Below are positions 8,758 to 23,014 of a DNA stretch of 64,000 bases, piece after piece. The translations under genes and the position numbers were made by a program. Below the pieces are notes generated by a model. It did not search any database and had not been told where the DNA came from. It was given only the letters and a program-made list of their open reading frames with translations. Positions within the stretch are counted from its first letter, which is position 1. The number at the start of each line of letters is the position of its first letter. Origin of the DNA: the human T2T-CHM13v2.0 reference genome, Homo sapiens; assembly GCF_009914755.1 (NCBI RefSeq), contig NC_060932.1; one strand, written 5' to 3'.

Positions 8758-10505
8758 TCCAAGGGCTTGAACATATCTTGACTTGTTGGCAATCCAAATC
8801 GTTACGTCTCCGAAACAGAGTTGACTGAGGGGACCGCAGGGCTGGGCAGGACCTTTGACTTCCTATACATCCACAGGAGCAAGAAAACCTCAGCCCCACT
8901 CTACCAACACGCACCTAGTAAAATTCCGCCAACCGAATCTCACGCACGCTAACACGTGGGGAGCGTTGCTTGCACCACGAGTCTCCATTTGGCTCAACCG
9001 CCGATGCCAAGTGTGTGGTTCCAGTTGCGACGGCCCCCCGTGAAGTGGCTTCCGGATGTGCGAAGGAACCAGGCAGAGTTTCACTGGCCAAATAGACCCC
9101 AGCAAAGCTGAAGTTAACTCCCACATTTGGGATGTACTTCAGAGGTAAAACATTCATCCCGTCTTCTTTCCGGATGTCTGACACCATGGTTCTCCCCCTG
9201 ATCCTAAGAGTAGCTGAGGCAGAGACTCACTGAAAGATCTAGGCGGGGATATCCCATCATGCACAGGCTCTCTCCATTCTCTGACCTGGGAACAACTCTC
9301 AGCAGGATTCCACATCTAGGAGGCCTCAGAACTCAGCGGGATTTTCTGAGACACACCAACTGGCTGCTCCCTTTCCGCCGCTGTTGAGGGTCGTTATCTT
9401 GATTATCCAGATCAACTAGAAAGTATCCGTATCCAGAATGAATAAGATCAACTCTCTGCTCCTCTGACAGCAGAAGGAGCAGGACCATAAGGAACCAAAG
9501 AGCGTGGAAGGAAACGATGTGACAGGAAAGCTCAGAGAACGGCCACAGGGGGTCGTCAGCAGGCCTTCCAACCTGAATCATGAATAACTAATGAAGCGCA
9601 AATCAAAGGGGACTCGAGTTTCAGCAGGAGCAATTCATCCAACGGGAGATCGCCGGAGGGCCAACAAGATTGAGAGACTGGGAGCCGGGTGCAGTGTCAA
9701 AGGGGACGCGACTGGTTCCAAAGCTCGAGAAGACCATGGGGTCACTTGGGCTACATGAGAAAACGCCCCAGTGTGCTGGTTCATCATTCCGACTCCTGCC
9801 TGTCTCTTCCCGTCCAAGGAACATGGACCCTAAGTCGTGCAGGTGCGGATGACCATGGGCAGAACTAGGGGCCGTGGCACAAAAGTTCACCGATACGGGA
9901 GTTCCACAGAAGGTGCGGTGGATCTTCGCAAATCCAGAGACATGGCAATGGGACCCAGGGAATTACAGCCTCACAGGCGTCCGGGAGACTTTTCAGGCAT
10001 AATGCCTGGAGTCGCAAGACGAGCTGAAAAAGGAGCCAGGCACTGAAGGACAAAGCGTTGTTGACTTTCCTCATCTGTGTTTCCCAGTGCGGTCCAATTC
10101 ACGGTGGTTTCCAAGCGCCTCCTGGGGGAGAAAACACATGAGGGTGCGGTCAGGGTTCTCTGCTGACAGACTTACCTTGGGGAAGAAAGAGAAGCTCTGA
10201 AGATGGATCATGGCCGTGACTGCATGTCAAGGAGAGTCTCCTTGATGACACTGAGGCCTACGTCGAGATAGACAAAATGTGGTCCAATTAAAAGGTGTCT
10301 ATTTTACCACATTTTTTAAAACAAAACAAAACAAAACAACAAAAAAGATGGAAAAGAAGACAGGGGTACAGGCACCAGTGTTACATGTCTGACGGGGAAC
10401 ATCTATTGTTCAAAGCTTGCATCTGTACAAGTAGGTTTTAGAATGTCTGTCAGCAGTGGACATGATCTTAGAGTGGGCTGTGCAGATAGACCTTTCCAGG
10501 TCATG

Positions 10506-10595
10506 TAATTGGATTAAGTTAATTGCAATTAAGGTACAGGTAACTGATTAGGTTAGGGTACGTTCCATGTCAGGTGACCAGAGGCAGTATAAAAG
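10506..10595 (+). promoter_or_regulatory. Putative FAM90A promoter, copy 2
   Basis: DUX4 motif 10545-10555, TATAAAAG from 10588, TAAT palindromes intact. Confidence 0.7.
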
Positions 10596-11746
10596 GCAGC
10601 CTGGAAAGCAGAGGTCCCTCTCTGCCCCTTCCTCCGTCGTCCTGGATGCTGCATCGCTTCCAGCCGGGCTGCTGCAGCACCTGCCCATCTCAGCGCCAGC
10701 CTGGGAAAGAAAGTAGACGTGTAATTTCAGGTTAGTTTCGCTGAACAATTGATTGTTTCACGCAATCCCTGAGGGGGTTTTGCGGGGGGTGTGGGGGAGA
10801 AAGAGACAAAGGAGGCCGAAAGAAACCGATCACACTGGGGCTTGCTGGTGGGGTAGGATGTGTTCTCGTTACTAGTAATTCTTGGAACAGAAAACGAGAA
10901 AACATATCCGTCTCCACGTGTGGGAGAAGACCAAGATGGGAATGGGAAAAGAAATGTACTGCAGCATGCTGAATTGGTGGGTAAATGGAAAAAGGACTTT
11001 GGAAAAAAGGGGGGTTTGCCCTTCAGCCGTGTAAGACGTCGATACGATACGGCACTTCTTCCCCGTTTGTTCAGATGAATTCGTGTGGTGTGCGTAAAAT
11101 ACCAGGAAAATAAATAAAGAGGGGCTGGAGCTAAAGCCAAAAGATAGAACAGGAAAGATCATCACCTGCTAGTGCGGTAGAGAGGAAGGTAACTTCTCTG
11201 TATGAATTTGTGTTTGGAAGTTACCTAATGAAATGGCAAGAGTAGCGATTCAAGTTGTCACAGGAAGCATCCCTTATCCGTGACGTCAAGCAGACCTGCC
11301 AAAGGGTGGCACACGCCATGCCCTGTGTCTTCGATCATTCTGTCCGTCAAGGGAGATAGAATCACCGTGTCTTCTACCGGAGTGAATCGTGAGAGACCTA
11401 AGTCCAGTCTCCAGAATCAGTTGTTTGTTTGGGGTTGAAATCTCAACCCCCCATACCTAGGCCACGGGCCCTGTGGCAGGTGGGATTTACTCTTGGACTA
11501 GGTAGTCATGGCAGAGGAACACACAATATCCGAGGATGCGCACAGCACATTGTGTTCTACAGATTTGACCGACTGGTGGTGAGGTCTCCTCATGACCACA
11601 CAGGCAGGGAGTTAGCAGGTGGCTTCCTGTGGGTGTGTGAATATCCAACGTGCTTAACCATCGACATGTGTGTGTTTGTGTGTGTTTCAGGTGGCTCAAG
11701 AGTCCACCCCTGAAAAAGGCGGTCATAAAACCCCCAGGAGACGAAG

Positions 11747-14700
11747 ATGATGGCACGTCGGGACCCCAAATCTTGGGCCAAGAGACTGGTGAGAGCCCAG
11801 ACCCTCCAGAAGCAGCGGAGGGCCCCAGTTGGGCCAAGGGCTCCCCCGCCCGATGAAGAAGATCCCAGGGTAAGTCTAGCCCTGGATCTCTTGGGTATCG
11901 GGGTGGGGGTGGGGACGGGGGGAGGGGGTGTCCCACGGTCCTCAGAGACTGGGTTGGATTCCAAAGAGTTCTGTCACCACCAGCCAGGTTGCTTTTCCCA
12001 TCCAAGGTGGGCGTGGCTTGGGACCTTCTCCCCGGCCCGATAGGTCCCTTGAGAGACTCTTGGGGGCAACCTCCCTTTCTACTTCGAGTCCTGTATAGCC
12101 ACGTTTGGCTGCGTTGTTGACATCGGCTTCACCATCGTGCCCCTTGGAACCTTGAGTCCTTCCTTTCAGAGTTCCTCCGTCCCGTGGGCTTTGCGAGGGA
12201 ACATCGTATCCGAACTCTCCCGGCACTTAACGGCCCCCATGCCGGTGTCCCCTCTTTGGAATCCTTATTCAGCTCTGAATTCACAATCCGTCCCAATGTT
12301 GACGTGGGATCGCTGCCTGTGGCTTCAGCTCACTCACTGACATCACTTCCTTTCCACCCACAGCTCAAGTGCAAAAACTGCGGGGCCTTTGGCCACACGG
12401 CCAGAAGTACCAGGTGCCCCATGAAGTGCTGGAAGGCAGCCCTGGTTCCAGCGACCTTGGGGAAAAAGGAAGGGAAGGAAAACCTGAAACCATGGAAGCC
12501 CCGGGGTGAAGCCAACCCGGGGCCCTTGAACAAGGATAAGGGAGAGAAGGAAGAGAGACCAAGGTGAGCAGTGGGAGGGGTTTTCACCACTCTTAGGGTA
12601 CTGCCTCCTAAGGACATGGTGTCTCTGCACCTGCACACCGTGTGCCTTTCCGTCTCCGGGCCAGGGAAGGAACGCTGCAGAGAAATAGGCTGGAGCTCCG
12701 TGTCCTCCGGGGTTCCACACCCAGGAGCTCCTTGGGCTCTGGGAGATTCAGGGACGGGGAGAGGCGGGGGCGCTTCGTGCAGGTTCCCCACGACAGCGGG
12801 AAAAGCGATGGAATCCAAATCACAGTCCTTAGTTGGGAAGCCTAGAGGGCCACCTGGAGGATGGGAAGGTTGGCACGTGAGGGAAGGTGCAGAGGCGGAA
12901 AGGGCACCAGATGTCCATTTCTGTATCACAAAACACGGAATGGGGCTGGGCCCCAGACGGGGTTCTCCCTGTCTCCTGGGGAAAACCAGGGGGCACGGCC
13001 TGACCTTCTTCTGTTCTGCAGGCAACAAGACCCGCAGAGGAAGGCTCTCCTCCACATGTTTTCCGGGAAACCTCCAGAGAAGCCGCTGCCGAATGGAAAA
13101 GGATCCACGGAATCTTCTGATTATCTGAGGGCGAGTGTCACCCCGGGCCCCTGGTCTTTTTCTCCTCTAGGTCACCCTGGTTGATTTCCTTTCAGCTTCC
13201 CGTCTGCGGGAGGAAATCGGGGAACCCCTCTTTCTTGCCTTCTTGGGGTCAGGGACTCCACGATCCTTCCAGGTCAATTGGATTCCAGGTGAAGGCATCT
13301 GAACATGCCGTATTTCCTGTTGCTTTCTTTCTGTCCAATTATGGCAAGCCTGCCAACAACACGTTCCTAGCGGCATGAGGAAATTAGTCCCTCAGAGGCC
13401 CCAAACGTGGAGAAGGCGAAACCCAGAAACATGCATGTGTTCAGAGAAGACGTCCCGAGTACCCTTGAGCCAGCAACCTGCCTTAGGAAGGGCATTAGTC
13501 CGTTCCACTTCATGGAAGGCTGAGTGGAGGCGCTTTGATCCAGTTAATGCCCAAGACGCGATCTTTTGAACAATGGTGTGCTTAGATCAGCTACACATAG
13601 CTCGAGAGCGCATCTTTCATGTGTCTTGTCCTGATCAGCACTCAGGTGGAGGGTCTGTCCCTACTTCCAAGGACCGCCTGTCGATACTGTACTAAGAATT
13701 TCATGGCGTGTGCACCTTGTCTTTGGATGTGCTTGATTTTCACGTTGGCTCCATGCTGAGGAACTTCTAACCTGTGTTGTTTCCTCTCTTTCAGGTTGCA
13801 AGCGGGCCAATGCCGGTCCACACAACCAGTAAGAGGCCGCGCTTGGACCCTATCCTCGCTGATCGCTCAGCTACCGCAATGTCTGGCAGGGGCTCCGTCT
13901 TGGCTTCACTGTCTCCCCTCAGAAAAGCCAGCCTGAGCTCCTCCTCAAGTCTTGGACCAAAGGAAAGACAGACAGGGGCTGCGGCCGACATGCCTCAGCC
14001 TGCAGTCAGGCACCAGGGCCGCGAGCCTCTCCTCGTGGTGAAGCCGACACACAGCCGCCCCGAGGGTGGCTGCCGAGAAGTTCCCCAGGCTGCCTCCAAA
14101 ACCCACGGACTGCCCCAGGCCGCCAGACCCCAGGCACAAGACAAACGTCCTGCGGTGACCTCACTGCCCTGCCCGCCAGCCGCCACACACAGCTTGGGCC
14201 TAGGCTCCAATCTCAGCTTCGGGCCAGGAGCCAAGAGACCTGCCCAGGCTCCGATTCAGGCTTGCCTGAACTTCCCCAAGAAACCGAGACTGGGTCCCTT
14301 CCAGATCCCCGAAAGCGCCATCCAGGGAGGTGAGCTGGGGGCCCCGGAGAATCTCCAACCTCCGCCAGCCGCAACCGAACTTGGACCAAGTACGTCGCCC
14401 CAGATGGGCAGGAGGACACCGGCCCAGGTGCCCAGCGTCGACCGGCAGCCTCCGCACAGCACACCTTGCCTGCCTACTGCCCAGGCCTGCACCATGTCCC
14501 ATCACTCAGCGGCCAGCCATGATGGGGCCCAGCCTCTCAGAGTGCTCTTCCGGAGACTGGAAAACGGACGCTGGAGCTCCAGCCTCCTGGCGGCCCCCTC
14601 ATTTCACTCTCCTGAGAAGCCGGGAGCCTTCCTCGCTCAGAGTCCTCATGTGTCAGAGAAGTCTGAGGCTCCCTGTGTTCGTGTCCCACCGAGCGTCCTC

Positions 14701-14757
14701 TATGAGGACCTTCAGGTTTCCTCCTCCTCAGAGGACAGCGATTCTGACCTGGAGTGA
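11747..14757 (+). CDS. FAM90A: FAM90A family protein, copy 2, 464 aa; exons 11747-11869, 12364-12563, 13022-13130, 13795-14757
   Basis: Same exon structure and splice sites; protein identical to copy 1. Confidence 0.95.
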
Positions 14758-15371
14758 GACTGCAGGTGGCAGGGGCTCCTTGGCCTCCAGCTCCCGTGAC
14801 TTGGAGGGGACTGTGGGACTGAGGAGCGCAGAGCAGAGAGCACACTCTGTGCGGTGACTCCGAAGCTCCCCGGCTGTGGCGCTTCTGTGGATGTGGGAGC
14901 CCAGGCCAGGCAGGGAGCAGATGCAGGGACTCTGCCTCATTGAATTCTGGTGAGGGACGTTGTAGTTGGCGTGGTTCTCCGGAAACGCGCCAGGAAAAGC
15001 TTCCGTGCCAGAGATTCGTTGCCTCAGAAACTGCGTGACGCGCAGGAGTCAGACTTCCGCTGGGACGTCAATAGGAAACTGGGGAATTACTGTGTATTTG
15101 CTGTCTAGATGACTGAATAAGGGAAAAGTTAGGGAACCCTGAGAGGTGCAGCCCTTCCGCTGTGCCCCGCCCTGAGAGCAGTGTTTCGGACGCTGGGAAG
15201 CGTGCTGTGCGAAGCGCTCTCGGGGTCTTTCCTCAGCCTCGAAAACTGGGCTCTGGAATGCCTTTGTACATATGTGTGTTTAATGGGTTTTGAAGTGAAT
15301 AAAATTCTCAAAAAGATGACATATTGTCTTTTGACTCTCATTCCGTGTTTGTGTGTAACTGATTTTCCAAG

Positions 15372-16405
15372 TGAAGGGGTGGCCTGCCCCTCCACACCTG
15401 TGGGTGATTCTAGTCGGGTGGGATGAGAGACGGAGAAAAGAAATAAGACACAGAGACAAAGTATAGGGAGACAACAGTGGGTCCAGGGGACCGGCACTCA
15501 GCACACCTAGGACCTGCACCGGCACCGGCCTCTGAGTTCCCTCAGTTTTTATTGATTATGATTTTCATTATTTCAGCACAAAGGAATGCAGTAGGGGAGC
15601 AGGGTGATAATAAGGGTAAGGTCAACAACAACAACAACAAAACAAACACGTGAGCAAAAGAATCCATATCATTATTAAGTTCAAGGGAAGGTACTATGCC
15701 TGGACGTGCACGTAGGCCAGATTTATGTTTCTCTCCACACAAATATCTCAGCGGAGTAAAGAATAACAAGGCAGCATTACTGCCAACATGTCTCGCCTCC
15801 CGCCACAGGGCAGCTTTTCTCCGAGCTCAGAGTTGAACAAATGAACGATCGGGCTTTACACCGAGACATTGAGTTCCCAGGGGCAAGCAGGAGACAGTGG
15901 CCTTCCTCCATCTGAACTGCAAGAGGCTTTCCTCTTTGACTAATCCACCTCAGCACAGACCCATTGCGGGTGTCAGGCTGGGGGACAGTCAGGTCTTTCC
16001 CATCCCACGAGGCCACATTTCAGACTGACACATGGGGAGAAACCTTGGACAATACCCTGCTTTCAAGGGCAGAGGTCCCTGTGGCTTTCCACGGTGCATT
16101 GCACCCGTGGTTTATTGAGACTGGAGAATGGCAATGACTTCTACCAAGTATACTGCTCGTAAACATTTGGTTAACAAGGCGCGTCCTGCACAGCCCTAGA
16201 TCCCTTAAACCTCGATTTTATACAACACAGGTTTTGGTGAGCTCCAAGTTGGGTCAAAGGAAGGGGCTGCGGCAAAGCTACAAATGATCAACATCTCAGC
16301 AAAGCAATGGTTTAAACTACAGGTCTTTTTCAAAATGGAGTCTCTTGTGTCTTCCCCTTCTAGATAGACACAGTGGCAGTCTGATCTCTCTTTCTTTACC
16401 CTACA
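15372..16405 (-). mobile_element. HERV-K(HML-2) solo LTR, LTR5A-like
   Basis: Same termini and TCCAAG TSD; 1034 bp. Confidence 0.92.
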
Positions 16406-18148
16406 TCCAAGGGCTTGAACATATCTTGACTTGTTGGCAATCCAAATCGTTACGTCTCCGAAACAGAGTTGACTGAGGGGACCGCAGGGCTGGGCAGGAC
16501 CTTTGACTTCCTATACATCCACAGGAGCAAGAAAACCTCAGCCCCACTCTACCAACACGCACCTAGTAAAATTCCGCCAACCGAATCTCACGCACGCTAA
16601 CACGTGGGGAGCGTTGCTTGCACCACGAGTCTCCATTTGGCTCAACCGCCGATGCCAAGTGTGTGGTTCCAGTTGCGACGGCCCCCCGTGAAGTGGCTTC
16701 CGGATGTGCGAAGGAACCAGGCAGAGTTTCACTGGCCAAATAGACCCCAGCAAAGCTGAAGTTAACTCCCACATTTGGGATGTACTTCAGAGGTAAAACA
16801 TTCATCCCGTCTTCTTTCCGGATGTCTGACACCATGGTTCTCCCCCTGATCCTAAGAGTAGCTGAGGCAGAGACTCACTGAAAGATCTAGGCGGGGATAT
16901 CCCATCATGCACAGGCTCTCTCCATTCTCTGACCTGGGAACAACTCTCAGCAGGATTCCACATCTAGGAGGCCTCAGAACTCAGCGGGATTTTCTGAGAC
17001 ACACCAACTGGCTGCTCCCTTTCCGCCGCTGTTGAGGGTCGTTATCTTGATTATCCAGATCAACTAGAAAGTATCCGTATCCAGAATGAATAAGATCAAC
17101 TCTCTGCTCCTCTGACAGCAGAAGGAGCAGGACCATAAGGAACCAAAGAGCGTGGAAGGAAACGATGTGACAGGAAAGCTCAGAGAACGGCCACAGGGGG
17201 TCGTCAGCAGGCCTTCCAACCTGAATCATGAATAACTAATGAAGCGCAAATCAAAGGGGACTCGAGTTTCAGCAGGAGCAATTCATCCAACGGGAGATCG
17301 CCGGAGGGCCAACAAGATTGAGAGACTGGGAGCCGGGTGTAGTGTCAAAGGGGACGCGACTGGTTCCAAAGCTCGAGAAGACCATGGGGTCACTTGGGCT
17401 ACATGAGAAAACGCCCCAGTGTGCTGGTTCATCATTCCGACTCCTGCCTGTCTCTTCTCGTCCAAGGAACATGGACCCTAAGTCGTGCAGGTGCGGATGA
17501 CCATGGGCAGAACTAGGGGCCGTGGCACAAAAGTTCACCGACACGGGAGTTCCACAGAAGGTGCGGTGGATCTTCGCAAATCCAGAGACATGGCAATGGG
17601 ACCCAGGGAATTACAGCCTCACAGGCGTCCGGGAGACTTTTCAGGCATAATGCCTGGAGTCGCAAGACGAGCTGAAAAAGGAGCCAGGCACTGAAGGACA
17701 AAGCGTTGTTGACTTTCCTCATCTGTGTTTCCCAGTGCGGTCCAATTCACGGTGGTTTCCAAGCGCCTCCTGGGGGAGAAAACACATGAGGGTGCGGTCA
17801 GGGTTCTCTGCTGACAGACTTACCTTGGGGAAGAAAGAGAAGCTCTGAAGATGGATCATGGCCGTGACTGCATGTCAAGCAGTGTCTCCTTGATGATACT
17901 GAGGCCTACGTCGAGATAGACAAAATGTGGTCCAATTAAAAGGTGTCTATTTTACCACATTTTTTAAAACAAAACAAAACAACAAAAAAGATGGAAAAGA
18001 AGACAGGGGTACAGGCACCAGTGTTACATGTCTGACGGGGAACATCTATTGTTCAAAGCTTGCAGCTGTACAAGTAGGTTTTAGAATGTCTGTCAGCAGT
18101 GGACATGATCTTAGAGTGGGCTGTGCAGATAGACCTTTCCAGGTCATG

Positions 18149-18238
18149 TAATTGGATTAAGTTAATTGCAATTAAGGTACAGGTAACTGATTAGGTTAGG
18201 GTACGTTCCATGTCAGGTGACCAGAGGCAGTATAAAAG
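18149..18238 (+). promoter_or_regulatory. Putative FAM90A promoter, copy 3
   Basis: DUX4 motif 18188-18198, TATAAAAG from 18231. Confidence 0.7.
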
Positions 18239-19389
18239 GCAGCCTGGAAAGCAGAGGTCCCTCTCTGCCCCTTCCTCCGTCGTCCTGGATGTTGCATCGC
18301 TTCCAGCGGGGCTGCTGCAGCACCTGCCCATCTCAGCGCCAGCCTGGGAAAGAAAGTAGACGTGTAATTTCAGGTTAGTTTCGCTGAACAATTGTTTGTT
18401 TCACGCAATCCCTGAGGGGTTTTTGCGGGGGGTGTGGGGGAGGAAGAGACAAAGGAGGCCGAAAGAAACCGATCACACTGGGGCTTGCTGGTGGGGTAGG
18501 ATGTGTTCTCGTTACTAGTAATTCTTGGAACAGAAAACGAGAAAACATATCCGTCTCCACGTGTGGGAGAAGACCAAGATGGGAATGCGAAAAGAAATGT
18601 ACTGCAGCATTCTGAATTGGTGGGTAAACGGAAAAAGGACTTTGGAAAAAAGGGGGGTTTGCCCTTCAGCCGTGTAAGACGTCGATACGATACGGCACTT
18701 CTTCCCCGTTTGTTCAGATGAATTCGTGTGGTATGCGTAAAATACCAGGAAAATAAACAAAGAGGTGCTGGAGCTAAAGGCAAAAGATAGAACAGGAAAG
18801 ACCATCACCTGCTAGTGCGGTAGAGAGGAAGGTAACTTCTCTGTATGAATTTGTGTTTGGAAGTTGCCTAATGAAATGGCAAGAGTAGCGATTCAAGTTG
18901 TCACAGGAAGCATCCCTTATCCGTGACTTCAAGCAGACCTGCCAAAGGGTGGCACACGCCATGCCCTGTGTCTTCGATCATTCTGTCCGTCAAGGGAGAT
19001 AGAATCACCGTGTCTTCTACCGGAGTGAATCGTGAGAGACCTAAGTCCAGTCTCCAGAATCAGTTGTTTGTTTGGGGTTGAAAGCTCAACCCCCCATACC
19101 TAGGCCACGGGCCCTGTGGCAGGTGGGGTTTACTCTTGGACTAGGTAGTCATGGCAGAGGAACACACAATATCCGAGGATGCGCACAGCACATTGTGTTC
19201 TACAGATTTGACCGACTGGTGGTGAGGTCTCCTCATGACCACACAGGCAGGGAGTTAGCAGGTGGCTTCCTGTGGGTGTGTGAATATCCAACGTGCTTAA
19301 CCATTGACATGTGTGTGTTTGTGTGTGTTTCAGGTGGCCCAAGAGTCCACCCCTGAAAAAGGCGGTCATAAAACCCCCAGGAGACGAAG

Positions 19390-22300
19390 ATGATGGCACG
19401 TCGGGACCCCAAATCTTGGGCCAAGAGACTGGTGAGAGCCCAGACCCTCCAGAAGCAGCGGAGGGCCCCAGTTGGGCCAAGGGCTCCCCCGCCCGATGAA
19501 GAAGATCCCAGGGTAAGTCTAGCCCTGGATCTCTTGGGTATCGGGGTGGGGGTGGGGACGGGGGGAGGGGGTGTCCCACGGTCCTCAGAGACTGGGTTGG
19601 ATTCCAAAGAGTTCTGTCACCACCAGCCAGGTTGCTTTTCCCATCCAAGGTGGGCGTGGCTTGGGACCTTCTCCCCGGCCCGATAGGTCCCTTGAGAGAC
19701 TCTTGGGGGCAACCTCCCTTTCTACTTAGAGTCCTGTATAGCCACGTTTGGCTGCGTTGTTGACATCGGCTTCACCATCGTGCCCCTTGGAACCTTGAGT
19801 CCTTCCTTTCAGAGTTCCTCCGTCCCGTGGGCTTTGCGAGGGAACATCGTATCCGAACTCTCCCGGCACTTAACGGCCCCCATGCCGGTGTCCCCTCTTT
19901 GGAATCCTTATTCAGCTCTGAATTCACAATCCGTCCCAATGTTGACGTGGGATCGCTGCCTGTGGCTTCAGCTCACTCACTGACATCACTTCCTTTCCAC
20001 CCACAGCTCAAGTGCAAAAACTGCGGGGCCTTTGGCCACACGGCCAGAAGTACCAGGTGCCCCATGAAGTGCTGGAAGGCAGCCCTGGTTCCAGCGACCT
20101 TGGGGAAAAAGGAAGGGAAGGAAAACCTGAAACCATGGAAGCCCCGGGGTGAAGCCAACCCGGGGCCCTTGAACAAGGATAAGGGAGAGAAGGAAGAGAG
20201 ACCAAGGTGAGCAGTGGGAGGGGTTTTCACCACTCTTAGGGTACTGCCTCCTAAGGACATGGTGTCTCTGCACCTGCACACCGTGTGCCTTTCCGTCTCC
20301 GGGCCAGGGAAGGAACGCTGCAGAGAAATAGGCCGGAGCTCCGTGTCCTCCGGGGTTCCACACCCAGGAGCTCCTTGGGCTCTGGGAGATTCAGGGACGG
20401 GGAGAGGCGGGGGCGCTTCGTGCAGGTTCCCCACGACAGCGGGAAAAGCGATGGAATCCAAATCACAGTCCTTAGTTGGGAAGCCTAGAGGGCCACCTGG
20501 AGGATGGGAAGGTTGGCACGTGAGGGAAGGTGCAGAGGCGGAAAGGGCACCAGATGTCCATTTCTGTATCACAAAACACGGAATGGGGCTGGGCCCCAGA
20601 CGGGGTTCTCCCTGTCTCCTGGGGAAAACCAGGGGGCACGGCCTGACCTTCTTCTGTTCTGCAGGCAACAAGACCCGCAGAGGAAGGCTCTCCTCCACAT
20701 GTTTTCCGGGAAACCTCCAGAGAAGCCGCTGCCGAATGGAAAAGGATCCACGGAATCTTCTGATTATCTGAGGGCGAGTGTCACCCCGGGCCCCTGGTCT
20801 TTTTCTCCTCTAGGTCACCCTGGTTGATTTCCTTTCAGCTTCCCGTCTGCGGGAGGAAATCGGGGAACCCCTCTTTCTTGCCTTCTTGGGGTCAGGGACT
20901 CCACGATCCTTCCAGGTCAATTGGATTCCAGGCGAAGGCATCTGAACATGCCGTATTTCCTGTTGCTTTCTTTCTGTCCAATTATGGCAAGCCTGCCAAC
21001 AACACGTTCCTAGCGGCATGAGGAAATTAGTCCCTCAGAGGCCCCAAACGTGGAGAAGGCGAAACCCAGAAACATGCATGTGTTCAGAGAAGACGTCCCG
21101 AGTACCCTTGAGCCAGCAACCTGCCTTGGGAAGGGCATTAGTCCGTTCCACTTCATGGAAGGCTGAGTGGAGGCGCTTTGATCCAGTTAATGCCCAAGAC
21201 GCGATCTTTTGAACAATGGTGTGCTTAGATCAGCTACACATAGCTCGAGAGCGCATCTTTCATGTGTCTTGTCCTGATCAGCACTCAGGTGGAGGGTCTG
21301 TCCCTACTTCCAAGGACCGCCTGTCGATACTGTACTAAGAATTTCATGGCGTGTGCACCTTGTCTTTGGATGTGCTTGATTTTCACGTTGGCTCCATGCT
21401 GAGGAACTTCTAACCTGTGTTGTTTCCTCTCTTTCAGGTTGCAAGCGGGCCAATGCCGGTCCACACAACCAGTAAGAGGCCGCGCTTGGACCCTATCCTC
21501 GCTGATCGCTCAGCTACCGCAATGTCTGGCAGGGGCTCCGTCTTGGCTTCACTGTCTCCCCTCAGAAAAGCCAGCCTGAGCTCCTCCTCAAGTCTTGGAC
21601 CAAAGGAAAGACAGACAGGGGCTGCGGCCGACATGCCTCAGCCTGCAGTCAGGCACCAGGGCCGCGAGCCTCTCCTCGTGGTGAAGCCGACACACAGCCG
21701 CCCCGAGGGTGGCTGCCGAGAAGTTCCCCAGGCTGCCTCCAAAACCCACGGACTGCCCCAGGCCGCCAGACCCCAGGCACAAGACAAACGTCCTGCGGTG
21801 ACCTCACTGCCCTGCCCGCCAGCCGCCACACACAGCTTGGGCCTAGGCTCCAATCTCAGCTTCGGGCCAGGAGCCAAGAGACCTGCCCAGGCTCCGATTC
21901 AGGCTTGCCTGAACTTCCCCAAGAAACCGAGACTGGGTCCCTTCCAGATCCCCGAAAGCGCCATCCAGGGAGGTGAGCTGGGGGCCCCGGAGAATCTCCA
22001 ACCTCCGCCAGCCGCAACCGAACTTGGACCAAGTACGTCGCCCCAGATGGGCAGGAGGACACCGGCCCAGGTGCCCAGCGTCGACCGGCAGCCTCCGCAC
22101 AGCACACCTTGCCTGCCTACTGCCCAGGCCTGCACCATGTCCCATCACTCAGCGGCCAGCCATGATGGGGCCCAACCTCTCAGAGTGCTCTTCCGGAGAC
22201 TGGAAAACGGACGCTGGAGCTCCAGCCTCCTGGCGGCCCCCTCATTTCACTCTCCTGAGAAGCCGGGAGCCTTCCTCGCTCAGAGCCCTCATGTGTCAGA

Positions 22301-22400
22301 GAAGTCTGAGGCTCCCTGTGTTCGTGTCCCACCGAGCGTCCTCTATGAGGACCTTCAGGTTTCCTCCTCCTCAGAGGACAGCGATTCTGACCTGGAGTGA
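19390..22400 (+). CDS. FAM90A: FAM90A family protein, copy 3, 464 aa; exons 19390-19512, 20007-20206, 20665-20773, 21438-22400
   Basis: Same exon structure; protein identical to copy 1. Confidence 0.95.
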
Positions 22401-23014
22401 GACTGCAGGTGGCAGGGGCTCCTTGGCCTCCAGCTCCCGTGACTTGGAGGGGACTGTGGGACTGAGGAGCGCAGAGCAGAGAGCACACTCTGTGCGGTGA
22501 CTCCGAAGCTCCCCGGCTGTGGCGCTTCTGTGGATGTGGGAGCCCAGGCCAGGCAGGGAGCAGATGCAGGGACTCTGCCTCATTGAATTCTGGTGAGGGA
22601 CGTTGTAGTTGGCGTGGTTCTCCGGAAACGCGCCAGGAAAAGCTTCCGTGCCAGAGATTCGTTGCCTCAGAAACTGCGTGACGCGCAGGAGTCAGACTTC
22701 CGCTGGGACGTCAATAGGAAACTGGGGAATTACTGTGTATTTGCTGTCTAGATGACTGAATAAGGGAAAAGTTAGGGAACCCTGAGAGGTGCAGCCCTTC
22801 CGCTGTGCCCCGCCCTGAGAGCAGTGTTTCGGACGCTGGGAAGCGTGCTGTGCGAAGCGCTCTCGGGGTCTTTCCTCAGCCTCGAAAACTGGGCTCTGGA
22901 ATGCCTTTGTACATATGTGTGTTTAATGGGTTTTGAAGTGAATAAAATTCTCAAAAAGATGACATATTGTCTTTTGACTCTCATTCCGTGTTTGTGTGTA
23001 ACTGATTTTCCAAG

